From Planctomycetota bacterium (lineage in GTDB: Bacteria > Planctomycetota > MHYJ01 > JACQXL01 > JACQZI01), in assembly GCA_016207825.1 (NCBI GenBank), contig JACQZI010000005.1, forward strand, positions 1,122-65,121: DNA of 64,000 bases, in the 5' to 3' direction. A program made the translations under genes and the position numbers. This document shows, piece after piece, positions 48,731 to 58,760 of this stretch; position 1 is the first letter of the stretch; each line of letters opens with the position of its first letter. Under the pieces are notes generated by a model. That model was given only the letters and a program-made list of their open reading frames with translations. It searched no databases and was not told the origin of the DNA.

Positions 48731-50596
48731 ATGGGAAAGAAATGGATAATAGGAAATTCCCCTCTATCAAGAGGGGTTAGGGGTGTGTTATTTCTCTGTG
48801 TTCTTTGTGCCTTTGTGGTGCCGTCTTTGGCGAGCCTCGCCCCGATGGGCGGGAATCTCTACGCCGATAGCTGGTCACAAACCACCTTCCCGGCCGGGAC
48901 GGGTGTTTTTACCAGCACCCAACCGGCTAACGGAAATGCCGATGCTACACTATCCAATGCTTTTAACGTGGATTCCGGAACAGGTGCGGATGGCGCGTTT
49001 GATTCTTCCACATATAACGGAAGTTCTATTGCCGGTATTTCCGGAACCGCTCCTAATATAACTATAAATACCAGCAATGCAACTAAACTGGGCACGTATA
49101 ACTTCACCACATTTACCATTGCCGCAGGGCATACGGTTACAGCTAATGGAACTAACTTTTTAATTATTAAAGCAACCGGAAATGTAACGATTAGCGGGAC
49201 TTTAAATGGCAGCGGCAGTAATGGACAAGATGGTTCCACTACCGGACAAGCGGCAGGCGGTGGCGGCGGCGGCGCAGTGAAAATATTGTCCGCCGGAAAT
49301 ATTACCATAAATGCCGGTGGATTTATTCTGGCTAATGGGGGAAACGGAGGAAATGTTGATAATAACTACCCCAATACTCCAGGCGGGCCTGGTGGTCCGG
49401 GTGGTGGCACCGGCGGCGCGGGATGTGGCTACGGCGGAGTATCAGGCGGCAGACCAGGAACTGGATCCGGTCCCGGTGGCGGTGGCTGGACTGCTGGCGG
49501 TGGCGGCGGCGGTTATGGTGGCGCTGGAGGAGTTGGTGGCGGCTCGGCAGGAGTTACTTATGGAGCGGCTGATTTAGCCACCTTATACGGAGGCAGCGGC
49601 GGCGGCGGCGGATGCACAGGTAACGGAGGCGGAGGCGGCGGCAGTGGCGGAAGCATCTTCTTAACCTCTGGTAATGTAACTATTTCAGGTTTTGTCAGGG
49701 CAAATGGCGGTAATGGCGTGGCTTCTACTAACGGAGGAGGAGGCGGCGGAAGAATCAGAGTGGAATCGCCCACGATTACCGGTTTAGCCAATTGCACTGC
49801 CAACGGCGGTACCGGGGTCCCTAACAACGGCGCGGCTGGCACCATTTCATCTTCTACAGGAGGAGGCGGTTATGCGGCTTCAGGAACTTATCTTTCCCCG
49901 CTAATTAATCCTTCCGGACTTGTTTCCTGGGGTGCATTGACATATACTAAAAACACACCTGCCAATACAACGCTTACTATCGATGTTCTGAAAGCTGATG
50001 ATAATTCTGTTTTATCTAGTAACGTTACTTCCGGCACCAATTTATCATCCCTTATTCCAGCGTATACATTTATTAAACTTAGAGCTAATTTTTCATCTAC
50101 AAATCCTTCCAACACTTCAACACTTTCAGATTGGGGAATAAATTATACGGGTGGAGGCACAACTGTAACCACCTCAAACTGGACGGATTTGACTCAAGGG
50201 AAAGCCGTTCAAATGGGACAATCAACCGCTTATGTGAAATTTACCATGAAAACCGAATCCGGGACGACCCGCTGGAAACGTTTTCGCATTGATAAAGGAT
50301 TAAAAACATATACAAATATCGCCGCGCCGGACAGTAAAATAGAAATCCAGGTTTGGTGTGAAACTAGTGGCAATGGATTCTGGGATTCCGGAGATACGCT
50401 TATCAGTAAAGGCAACTTTGTTAACGGCACGTGCTGGCTTAATATGAAACGCTGGGAGATAACAACAACGCCTAAAACTTATTATATTGTATATAAACTC
50501 AAAGACGATATCGGTGGCGGACAACGTGCTGGAGTAAAAATAACTAATTCAAGTTATTTAGAGTTTGAAAATGCTACTTGCGTCGGCGTTCCTTAG
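48731..50596 (+). CDS. Secreted Gly-rich protein with family C-terminal domain
   Basis: ADSWSQTTF N-terminal strand, poly-Gly tracts, SSYLEFENATCVGVP. Confidence 0.9.
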   Translation: MGKKWIIGNSPLSRGVRGVLFLCVLCAFVVPSLASLAPMGGNLYADSWSQTTFPAGTGVFTSTQPANGNADATLSNAFNVDSGTGADGAFDSSTYNGSSIAGISGTAPNITINTSNATKLGTYNFTTFTIAAGHTVTANGTNFLIIKATGNVTISGTLNGSGSNGQDGSTTGQAAGGGGGGAVKILSAGNITINAGGFILANGGNGGNVDNNYPNTPGGPGGPGGGTGGAGCGYGGVSGGRPGTGSGPGGGGWTAGGGGGGYGGAGGVGGGSAGVTYGAADLATLYGGSGGGGGCTGNGGGGGGSGGSIFLTSGNVTISGFVRANGGNGVASTNGGGGGGRIRVESPTITGLANCTANGGTGVPNNGAAGTISSSTGGGGYAASGTYLSPLINPSGLVSWGALTYTKNTPANTTLTIDVLKADDNSVLSSNVTSGTNLSSLIPAYTFIKLRANFSSTNPSNTSTLSDWGINYTGGGTTVTTSNWTDLTQGKAVQMGQSTAYVKFTMKTESGTTRWKRFRIDKGLKTYTNIAAPDSKIEIQVWCETSGNGFWDSGDTLISKGNFVNGTCWLNMKRWEITTTPKTYYIVYKLKDDIGGGQRAGVKITNSSYLEFENATCVGVP

Positions 50597-50609
50597 AAAC
50601 GGCTACAAC

Positions 50610-50665
50610 AAATATTATTTCTTTAAGAATGAATACTTAGTAATGCGAAAAAAAAACGCTTATGA
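50610..50665 (+). pseudogene. Degenerate 3' remnant of the small BamE-like ORF
   Basis: Translates KYYFFKNEYLVMRKK versus EHYLFKNGCLVNWKK; followed by an aaaatggag..tttatgcg junction like that at 18143-18162. Confidence 0.6.
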
Positions 50666-50695
50666 AATTATACACCTATAAAAATGGAGATTTTT

Positions 50696-52984
50696 ATGCG
50701 CCACATGAAAGTTTGTAACTTTGGATTTTGGGGATTGATAATTATTTGGAGTTTAGCAATTGTAAATTGTGATTTGGGTGCCGATACCTGGCTGCAAACG
50801 ACTTTTCCGCCCGAGACAGGAACGTTCAATAACACCTCGCCGGCTAACTCTGATAATGATATAATTCTTACCAGTTCAGTTGCGATTAATGTTGGTACCG
50901 GTTCTGATGGTGCAATAACCGTTGCCGCGGCAAAAAATATTAATACGGATACCATTGCCGCCGGCAGGACTGTCGCCGATGGCTGGAACTCACGCGTTTC
51001 CGCCCTTACGGCAAATACAGCGACTCTTGTAGATGCACCACCGGCTAATACTTTTAACGTGGGGGATGAGGTTATTCTAATATCACTTAAAGGGATATCC
51101 ACTGCTTCTTCTAATGTCGGACTCTATGAATTTCTCCGCGTTCAATCGGTCGCAGGGAATATCCTAACTTTTACGACCAATAAGGTCAATTGGTATGGGG
51201 ATGGAGCTAACGATACCAATGTTGGAACGAATCAAAAAGTAATGGTCCAGCGTGTTCCGAATTATACAGATGTAACGATTAATTCAGGCGGATCGCTCAC
51301 TTGTAATGCTTTTAATGGAACGAAAGGCGGAATTCTGGCATTTCGCGCTAAAGGAACCGTGACAGTTAATGTTTCCAATGGAATTAGTGCTACTGGAAAA
51401 GGATTTGTAGGAGGCACCGGCGTCGCTTATACCGCAAATGCCGGAGGCGGCGAATCCTATAACGGAACCGGCGGAATAGGCGGCCCTTATAACGGCGGAG
51501 GAAGCCCCGGCCAGGGCGGCGGCGGCGGCGGCGGCGATAATAACGGCTCTGTTTTTGCTGGAGGCGGTGGAGCGCTTGGTTCCGGTGGCGGTGGCGGCGG
51601 CGGGGCAGGAGCAGGCGGCGGTTATATTGCCAGAGGAGGAGGCGGCGGAGGCGGCGGACACGGGAATAACAGTTTCGGAATGGGCGGCGCTGGCATTAAC
51701 TCGGGAGGAAACGGGACAACAACATCAGGAGGCGCCGGCGCAATCGCGGCAAGGTCAGGCTCCAGCGATAACGGCGGCGGAGCGGGCGGCGGCGGTTATG
51801 ACGGCAGGGCGGATTCTTCCGGACTCAATACACGGGCGTATATGGGCGGCGGCGGCGGCGCAGGCGGCGGCGCGACTAACTTAAATAATTTAGGCGACGC
51901 CAAAACAGGCGCTAACGGAGGAATCGGAGGCGGCATCATTATTATTTATGCATCCTTCATTAATATTACAACGGGAGCTTCTATGACCGCCAATGGCAAC
52001 AACGGCGCGAATGGTGCAAGCGGCACATATGGACGAGGAGGAGGCGGCGGGGGCGGTGCCGGAGGTTCTATTATAATATTAGCAACTCAAATAATCAACT
52101 CAGGCAACATTACTGCTGATAAAGGGAACGGAGGAACAACGACGGATGGATACACCGGCGGTGCCGGCGGCAATGGCAGAATCTACGCACGCTATGTTTC
52201 TTTCAGCGGTAATAATCCTACCCCGAATTACTATAGCCTTGCAATACCTTATATTACGCCTGGTAGTTATATTTCCCCGGCGCTTATTCCAACTGGCGTT
52301 TCTTATTGGGGTGTCTTAAAATATTCGGTAACATCACCCACTAATACCGCCTTAACCGTGGATGTAATCAGCTCATCTAACAATTCATTATTAGTTGCAA
52401 ATGTGCCTTTTGGAACAGACCTTAAAGCCGCTTACCCTGCGACATTTGTAAATATTACGGGAATAAAACTTAGGGCGAATTTCTCTGCCGCAGATACAAC
52501 CAAAACCCCGTCTTTGTCTTACTGGCAGCTGGAATACGCCACGGGCACTGCAGTCACCACCACTAACTGGACGGATTTGCTTAATGGGAAATCAATTCAA
52601 ATGGGGCAATCAATCGCTCATGTTAAATTCAATATGAAAACCGAGGCAGGAATAACCAAATGGCGCCGTTTTCGGGTTGATAAAGGAGTAAAAACATATA
52701 CCAATATCGCCTGCCCGGATAGCAAAATAGAAGTCCAGATCTGGTGTGAAAATACCGGTAACGGATTCTGGGACATTGGCGATACGTTTATCTCTAAAGG
52801 CATCTTCGGCAATGGAATATGCTATCTTAATATGAAAGGCTGGGAGGTAACAACGACATCAAAAACATATTATATTGTCTATAAGCTATCAGGGGATGTC
52901 GGCGGAGGACAGCGTGCCGGCGTTAAAATAACAGATAGCAGTTATCTAGAATTCGAAAACGCAACTTGCGTCGGCGTTCCTTAG
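50696..52984 (+). CDS. Secreted Gly-rich protein with family C-terminal domain
   Basis: Close paralog of 18158..20485 in the passenger; likely ATG 50696. Confidence 0.9.
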   Translation: MRHMKVCNFGFWGLIIIWSLAIVNCDLGADTWLQTTFPPETGTFNNTSPANSDNDIILTSSVAINVGTGSDGAITVAAAKNINTDTIAAGRTVADGWNSRVSALTANTATLVDAPPANTFNVGDEVILISLKGISTASSNVGLYEFLRVQSVAGNILTFTTNKVNWYGDGANDTNVGTNQKVMVQRVPNYTDVTINSGGSLTCNAFNGTKGGILAFRAKGTVTVNVSNGISATGKGFVGGTGVAYTANAGGGESYNGTGGIGGPYNGGGSPGQGGGGGGGDNNGSVFAGGGGALGSGGGGGGGAGAGGGYIARGGGGGGGGHGNNSFGMGGAGINSGGNGTTTSGGAGAIAARSGSSDNGGGAGGGGYDGRADSSGLNTRAYMGGGGGAGGGATNLNNLGDAKTGANGGIGGGIIIIYASFINITTGASMTANGNNGANGASGTYGRGGGGGGGAGGSIIILATQIINSGNITADKGNGGTTTDGYTGGAGGNGRIYARYVSFSGNNPTPNYYSLAIPYITPGSYISPALIPTGVSYWGVLKYSVTSPTNTALTVDVISSSNNSLLVANVPFGTDLKAAYPATFVNITGIKLRANFSAADTTKTPSLSYWQLEYATGTAVTTTNWTDLLNGKSIQMGQSIAHVKFNMKTEAGITKWRRFRVDKGVKTYTNIACPDSKIEVQIWCENTGNGFWDIGDTFISKGIFGNGICYLNMKGWEVTTTSKTYYIVYKLSGDVGGGQRAGVKITDSSYLEFENATCVGVP

Positions 52985-53060
52985 TGTAATAATTATCGCC
53001 GAAGTCCCGCCCCATGGCGTCGGGGTATAGGGGTGCCGTAATAACACATAAGAATTAATC

Positions 53061-55343
53061 ATGAGAATAAGTAATTGGAAATTGATTGTGGGCACGTTCT
53101 TTTTCCTTTGTGTTTTTGTAATTAATCATCTTCATGCCGATACCTGGTCGCAAACAACTTTCCCGATAGGGACAGGAGTATTTAGCGATACCTCTCCGGC
53201 TGATTTTGACAATGATGTAAAACTAATCGGCACTCTTGTAATTGATGCCGGTAACGGTGCAGATGGACCTTGGACTATTTCCACATCTGTTAATATTAAT
53301 GTGAATACCAATGGAAATGGTGGACGGACCGCACCTGATGGTATTAACTGGCAGGTCAATCAGAATGTTGTTTCAGGACAGGCTGTTATATCATCAGGAA
53401 TAGCCGTTCCTACCGGATTTGCCGTCGGTGATGAGATTATTATAATTAACCTCAAAGGCGCTTCCGGAAATTATGCTAATGTCGGCTTATATGAATTCAA
53501 ACGAATTTCTGTAGTTGCCGCTAATTCAATTACTGTCACTTCTAACTTGACTAATTCTTATGATGGAACAACCCAAAAAATAATGGTCCAGCGAATTCCT
53601 AACTACACTAATGTAACAATTGATACAGGAGGTTCTTTGACCTGCAATGCATGGAATGGAACTCTTGGTGGCGTCCTCGCTTTTAGGGCAAACGGGACAG
53701 TAACAGTTAATGTGGCTAATGGAATTAATGCTAATGGTAAAGGGTTTACCGGGGGCACAGGCACAACATATGATGCTAATGCCGGTGGAGGAGAATCTTA
53801 TAACGGTGCAGCCGGCAGCGGAGGAAAAGGCAATCCCGTATCTGTAGGAAATAGCGGACAGGGTGGTGGTGGTGGCGCAGGTGATACTAACTCTGATGCG
53901 ACCCAGCGTGCCGGAGGAACCGGTACAATCGGTTCCGGAGGCGGCGGGGCCGGCGCTTGCTGGACTAACAGTAACTTCAGCAGCTTTGCTGGAGGAGGAG
54001 GTGGTGGTGGACATGGTTCTGCTGGAGGAGGAGGCAGCAGCGGCTCTGCTAACGGACAAACACCAACCGGTTCTCAGGGAGGTAGTGGCTTAAACAATGG
54101 TGGCGCATCAGGTAGCACCAGTGGCGGGGCCGCACAATATGGCGGCGGCGGTGGTGGTGGCGGTTATGACGGCAGAGCAGATTCTTCCGGCCTTAATACA
54201 CGGGCGTATATGGGCGGAGGCGGCGGTGCCGGCGGCGCGGTATGTAATACGAATTACGGTACTTCAAGAAATGGAGCTTCGGGCGGTTCAGGCGCAGGTA
54301 TTATTTTTATCAGCGCTAATACGCTTAACACCGCTTCAGGGGCATCTATTACCGCCAACGGAGCTAATGGGTCTTCTGCGTCTACTGCAACAGGTTCATT
54401 TCCGGGTGCCGGAGGTGGCGGCGCCGGAGGCTCTATTATCTTATATGCAATGACGGTAAACAATAGTGGTAATATCATAGCTAATGGAGGCACTGGAGGA
54501 ACGGTACAATATGCCGGCGGCAATGGCGGCGGAGGAAGAACATTTGCTGCGTATAATTCTTTTAATGGGGCTGCGCCTACGCCTAATTATTCAAGCGGGA
54601 CACTGCTAATGGGATACTCTTCATCCGGCACATACATTTCTCCTTTAATTAATCCAACCGGACTTGTTTCTTGGGGGGTCTTAACTTATACTAAAAATAC
54701 ACCTGCCGATACAACTTTTACCGTTGATGTCTTAAAAGCAGAAGATAATTCTGTATTAGTTGCCAATGTCGCTTCGGGGACTAATTTGGCATCTGTTATT
54801 CTTAACTATACTCTTATTAAACTCCGGGCAAATTTAGCTACTTCGAATCCGATAGCAACTTCCACGCTTTCAGATTGGGGAATAATTTATACAGGAGGAG
54901 GCACAACTGTTACAACTACAAACTGGTCAGATTTGCTTAACGGAAAATCAGTTCAAATGGGCCAATCAATAGCTCACGTAAAATTTGAGATGAAAACTCT
55001 GTCAGGAACAGCGCGCTGGAAAAGATTTAGAATTGACAAGGGATTGAAAACATATACAAATATTGCTTGTTCTGATTCTAAAATAGAGACACAGGTGTGG
55101 TGCGAAAATAATAATAATGGTTTTTGGGATATCGGCGATACGTTTATCAGTAAAGGTAATTTTACCAATGGTACCGTGTATCTCAATATGAACCGCTGGG
55201 AGGTAACGACAATACCTAAAACGTATTATATTGTATATAAACTCAAAAATGATATCGGCGGCGGACAACGTGCCGGCGTTAAAATAACCGATAGCAGTTA
55301 TCTTGAGTTCGAGAACGCCATGTGTGTTGGAGTACCACCATAA
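53061..55343 (+). CDS. Secreted Gly-rich protein with family C-terminal domain
   Basis: ADTWSQTTF, QRIPNYTNVTI, poly-Gly, SSYLEFENAMCVGVPP. Confidence 0.9.
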   Translation: MRISNWKLIVGTFFFLCVFVINHLHADTWSQTTFPIGTGVFSDTSPADFDNDVKLIGTLVIDAGNGADGPWTISTSVNINVNTNGNGGRTAPDGINWQVNQNVVSGQAVISSGIAVPTGFAVGDEIIIINLKGASGNYANVGLYEFKRISVVAANSITVTSNLTNSYDGTTQKIMVQRIPNYTNVTIDTGGSLTCNAWNGTLGGVLAFRANGTVTVNVANGINANGKGFTGGTGTTYDANAGGGESYNGAAGSGGKGNPVSVGNSGQGGGGGAGDTNSDATQRAGGTGTIGSGGGGAGACWTNSNFSSFAGGGGGGGHGSAGGGGSSGSANGQTPTGSQGGSGLNNGGASGSTSGGAAQYGGGGGGGGYDGRADSSGLNTRAYMGGGGGAGGAVCNTNYGTSRNGASGGSGAGIIFISANTLNTASGASITANGANGSSASTATGSFPGAGGGGAGGSIILYAMTVNNSGNIIANGGTGGTVQYAGGNGGGGRTFAAYNSFNGAAPTPNYSSGTLLMGYSSSGTYISPLINPTGLVSWGVLTYTKNTPADTTFTVDVLKAEDNSVLVANVASGTNLASVILNYTLIKLRANLATSNPIATSTLSDWGIIYTGGGTTVTTTNWSDLLNGKSVQMGQSIAHVKFEMKTLSGTARWKRFRIDKGLKTYTNIACSDSKIETQVWCENNNNGFWDIGDTFISKGNFTNGTVYLNMNRWEVTTIPKTYYIVYKLKNDIGGGQRAGVKITDSSYLEFENAMCVGVPP

Positions 55344-55552
55344 GGATGTTAGAATTTTCCGCCAGAGGCGGACTCGCCTTCGGCGGGGAGAATGCTACGT
55401 GCATAGGAGTTCCTTAATAATCTAAAAAGTTAGCTATTAATACCTGCCCCCGCAATGAAGCAAGGCATCCTCTACCCCTTCGGTCAAGGGAAGCTGTGCA
55501 CAGGGAAAAAGTAATCCTTCAAATCCGCGTAGCAAAGCTCTGCGTCCAAAAT

Positions 55553-55587
55553 AAAAAAGGGCGTCCCGATTTCTCAGAACGCCCCTT
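55553..55587 (-). terminator. Intrinsic terminator after pnp
   Basis: GGGGCGTTC...GGGACGCCC hairpin followed by a T-run on the minus strand. Confidence 0.75.
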
Positions 55588-55630
55588 CATAACATACTAA
55601 CAACTAATAACTGTCCTCTGACAACTTCCT

Positions 55631-57811
55631 CTACCTGCGCCTATCGCCACTAAACCGATTATTTTGCCTGGGAGGACGGGGCCTTTCCTGCTGCATCCCT
55701 TCCGGAACCGGTGGCTCGCTCGCCGGGTCAACAGCTTGCTTGCGGCTGAGCTTAATCTTGCCCTGGTCGTCTATACCGATGCACTTGACCGGGATAATAT
55801 CGCCCATCTTGACGACATCGGTGACGCTCCCGACATAGCGGTTGGAAAGCTCGGAGATATGGACCAACCCTTCCTGGCCGACCAGTATCTCGACAAACGC
55901 ACCGAAGTCCTTGATGGAAACGACTTTGCCCTGGTAGATTTTGCCGATTTCGGCTTCTTCCACGATACCTTCCACCTGTTTCTTGGCGGCATCAAGAGAG
56001 GCGGCGTCCTTACCGTAAATGATAACCTCTCCGGTATCTTCTATTTCAATCTTGACGCCTGTTTCTTCCTGGATTCTGCGGATGGTCTTGCCGCCGCCGC
56101 CGATAACCGCGCCGATTTTATCCGGCTTAATCATCAAGCGGACAACGCGCGGTGCATAAGCAGAAATATCCGTCCTGGGCGCGGCAAGCGCCTGCGCCAT
56201 CTTTCCCAAAATATGGAGACGGCCTTCTTTTGCCTGCGCCAGTGCTTTCTTCATGATGTCCATAGAAAGGCCGCCCACCTTTATATCCATCTGGAAACCG
56301 GTAATCCCGTTGGCGGTGCCGGCGACTTTGAAATCCATATCGCCGTATTTATCTTCGCTTCCGAGAATATCGGAAAGTATGCTGATATCGTTCCCTTCCT
56401 TAACGAGTCCCATGGCGATTCCGGCAACCGGGGACTTAATCGGCACACCCGCGTCCATCAGGGAAAGCGTCGCGCCGCAAACCGTTGCCATGGATGAGGA
56501 GCCGTTTGATTCCAGGATATCGGAAACCACCCGGATGGTATACGGGAATTTCTCAAAGTCCGGCAGCATCGGTTCCACCGCCCTTTCGGCTAAGTGGCCG
56601 TGCCCTATTTCACGCCTGCCGGGCCCGCGCAGAGGTTTCACCTCTCCCACCGAAAACGGCGGGAAATTATAGTGGAGCATAAAACGCTTGACGTATTCAT
56701 CGGCCAGCCCGTCTATAATCTGCTCGTCATCGGCTGTACCGAGCGTTGCCACGACCAATGCCTGCGTCTCGCCGCGGGTAAAGAGCGCCGAGCCGTGCGT
56801 CCGGGGCAGTATCCCCAAATCGCAGGTAATCGGGCGTATTTCCGTCAGGCTTCTGCCGTCCATCCGTTTGCCGCTGGTAATCAGCTCGCGGACTATTTCC
56901 TCTTCAATCTTGGTGAATGCCGCCTTGATGAGCTTGGTCTGCTTTTGGGCATCGGCTTCGGGAAGACTCGCGCAATAAGTTTCAATCTGCTTCTTTTTTA
57001 TCTCGGAAACGGCGTCATGCCGCTCGTGCTTGCCTTTTATCTGGATTTTGGTTTTTAATTCGTCATGGATTTCCTTCTTCATCTTTTCATAAAGCGCCTT
57101 ATCGAATTCCGGCGGAGTCACTTCCATCTTCTTCTTATCGGTCTTCAACTGTTTCTGGAGAGCGACCAGTTCCTTAACGGCTTTATGGCCGAACTCGATT
57201 GCTTCCAGCAAGGCTTCCTCGGATTCCTCCTTGGCGCCGCCTTCGACCATGAGGACCGCGTCCGCCGTGCCGGCGATGACGATATCCATCGTGCTTTCTT
57301 TCATTTCCGATATTTCCGGGTTGAGGGTGAGCGTCCCGTTGAGCTTGCCGACTTTTACCGCGCCGATAGGCCCGTTAAAAGGAATGCCGGAAAGCACCAG
57401 ACACGCCGAGGCGCCGTTGATTGCCAGGATATCCGGGTCGAAATTGCCTTCTGCGGAAAGAACCATGGACATCAGCTGTATTTCGTTCTGGAATCCTTCC
57501 GGGAAAAGCGGCCTTAAGGGGCGGTCAATCAACCGCATGGTTAAGATTTCCTCCGTGGTCGGCCTGCCTTCGCGCTTAAAGAAGCCGCCCGGAATCTTTC
57601 CGGCGGCGGAGGTCTTTTCGCGGTAGTCCACGGTCAAGGGGACCATAGCATCGTCCCACTGGGATTCTCTGGCTTCACCGGCAACCACGGTCGTTAAGAC
57701 GACCGAATCGCCGTAGGAGACGAGAGCCGCTCCGTCTGCCTGTTTTGCCATCACACCTGTCTGGATGGTGAACTGGCGCCTGCCTAATTGCAGTGTCACT
57801 TCCTGTTTCAT
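55631..57811 (-). CDS. pnp: Polyribonucleotide nucleotidyltransferase
   Basis: KIPGGFFKREGRP, RREIGHG, GDMDFKVAG, KH and S1 domains. Confidence 0.98.
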   Translation of the reverse strand: MKQEVTLQLGRRQFTIQTGVMAKQADGAALVSYGDSVVLTTVVAGEARESQWDDAMVPLTVDYREKTSAAGKIPGGFFKREGRPTTEEILTMRLIDRPLRPLFPEGFQNEIQLMSMVLSAEGNFDPDILAINGASACLVLSGIPFNGPIGAVKVGKLNGTLTLNPEISEMKESTMDIVIAGTADAVLMVEGGAKEESEEALLEAIEFGHKAVKELVALQKQLKTDKKKMEVTPPEFDKALYEKMKKEIHDELKTKIQIKGKHERHDAVSEIKKKQIETYCASLPEADAQKQTKLIKAAFTKIEEEIVRELITSGKRMDGRSLTEIRPITCDLGILPRTHGSALFTRGETQALVVATLGTADDEQIIDGLADEYVKRFMLHYNFPPFSVGEVKPLRGPGRREIGHGHLAERAVEPMLPDFEKFPYTIRVVSDILESNGSSSMATVCGATLSLMDAGVPIKSPVAGIAMGLVKEGNDISILSDILGSEDKYGDMDFKVAGTANGITGFQMDIKVGGLSMDIMKKALAQAKEGRLHILGKMAQALAAPRTDISAYAPRVVRLMIKPDKIGAVIGGGGKTIRRIQEETGVKIEIEDTGEVIIYGKDAASLDAAKKQVEGIVEEAEIGKIYQGKVVSIKDFGAFVEILVGQEGLVHISELSNRYVGSVTDVVKMGDIIPVKCIGIDDQGKIKLSRKQAVDPASEPPVPEGMQQERPRPPRQNNRFSGDRRR

Positions 57812-57826
57812 GATTAAACTCCTTTA

Positions 57827-58075
57827 GCGGGAGTGTCGTGAACCTGATTTTCCGGACGGGAAAGTATGAAGGTTAAGGAAAAGGTAGGTACTACATTAAT
57901 TTTTTATTAATCACCATCCCCGAATCCCGCAGGGGTGAGTGGGATAGGCGCCACACTTCCGCCATCCTCTCAACCCGCAGGGCTGAACGGCATAGGCACA
58001 TCAATATTGTACCTACCTCGCCCTAATAACCTTCTTCATTACTTCCCGCTTCCGCGGTTCTGTTTAAACTCCCTA
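57827..58075 (-). promoter_or_regulatory. Long hairpin 5' leader of pnp (RNase III-type autoregulatory leader)
   Basis: Extended pairing: gggagt/actccc, cgggaagta/tactttcccg, aaggtta/taacctt, aggtaggtac/gtacctacct. Confidence 0.65.
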
Positions 58076-58152
58076 CTTTATTATTATCCCGATACACAGT
58101 ATTCGGGAATATTATTGTTTATGTATAAACGGACTTCTTAAAACGAGCCGTG

Positions 58153-58422
58153 TTATTTACGAATGCCGAGCTTCTTGATAATTTCCTGGTATTTGGATGG
58201 CTGGTGTTTGGCAAGATATTTAAGAAGGGCTGAACGGTGTCCGACCATCATAAGCAAGCCCCTACGGGAATTGGTATCCTTGGGGTGGCGCTTAAAATGT
58301 TCGGTTAATTCGGCTATCCGCTCGGTTAAGAGCGCGATTTGGACCTGTGACGAACCGGTATCTTTCTTATGCACCTGGTGCGCCTTAATAACCCCTGTCT
58401 TTTTTTCTGCTACTAATGCCAT
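58153..58422 (-). CDS. rpsO: 30S ribosomal protein S15
   Basis: [16 protein letters not shown]...[10 protein letters not shown]; canonical rpsO-pnp synteny. Confidence 0.98.
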   Translation of the reverse strand: MALVAEKKTGVIKAHQVHKKDTGSSQVQIALLTERIAELTEHFKRHPKDTNSRRGLLMMVGHRSALLKYLAKHQPSKYQEIIKKLGIRK

Positions 58423-58760
58423 ATCATTTATTATTAATTTATTAACTCTTATAGGATAACATTTAATAGGAAATTGTCAAGAAATAATCACACCTCTACA
58501 ATATAATCAATCAGGTGTCCCCGAATCCCGCAAGGCGGGAGAAGTGGGATGTTTACCTTAATAACTTTTTAGTATCAATGACGTCCCCGCCTCCGGAACG
58601 CAACCGAAGGTCCCCGACAGGGGGTGATGTCCCGACCGGCTGTGTCGGGATACAATCCATAATAAAGCATAATCAAGCGTTCCCGAAATGTAACGAAGTG
58701 GTAGTGAAACGTGACGCCATTTTCCGCCCTGATTTTTGGATAGGAAGAGCCTACTATCTT

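Noticed and set aside
186..55343. Diversity-generating retroelement acting on the paralog family
   Set aside because: No reverse transcriptase and no TR/VR pair with adenine-specific differences seen
29002..55343. Prophage or tailocin origin of the Gly-rich and large proteins
   Set aside because: Most of the proteins have Sec-type signal regions, and there are no capsid, terminase, baseplate or integrase genes
55664..57626. Long plus-strand ORFs antisense to pnp
   Set aside because: Typical antisense shadows of a conserved, codon-biased gene
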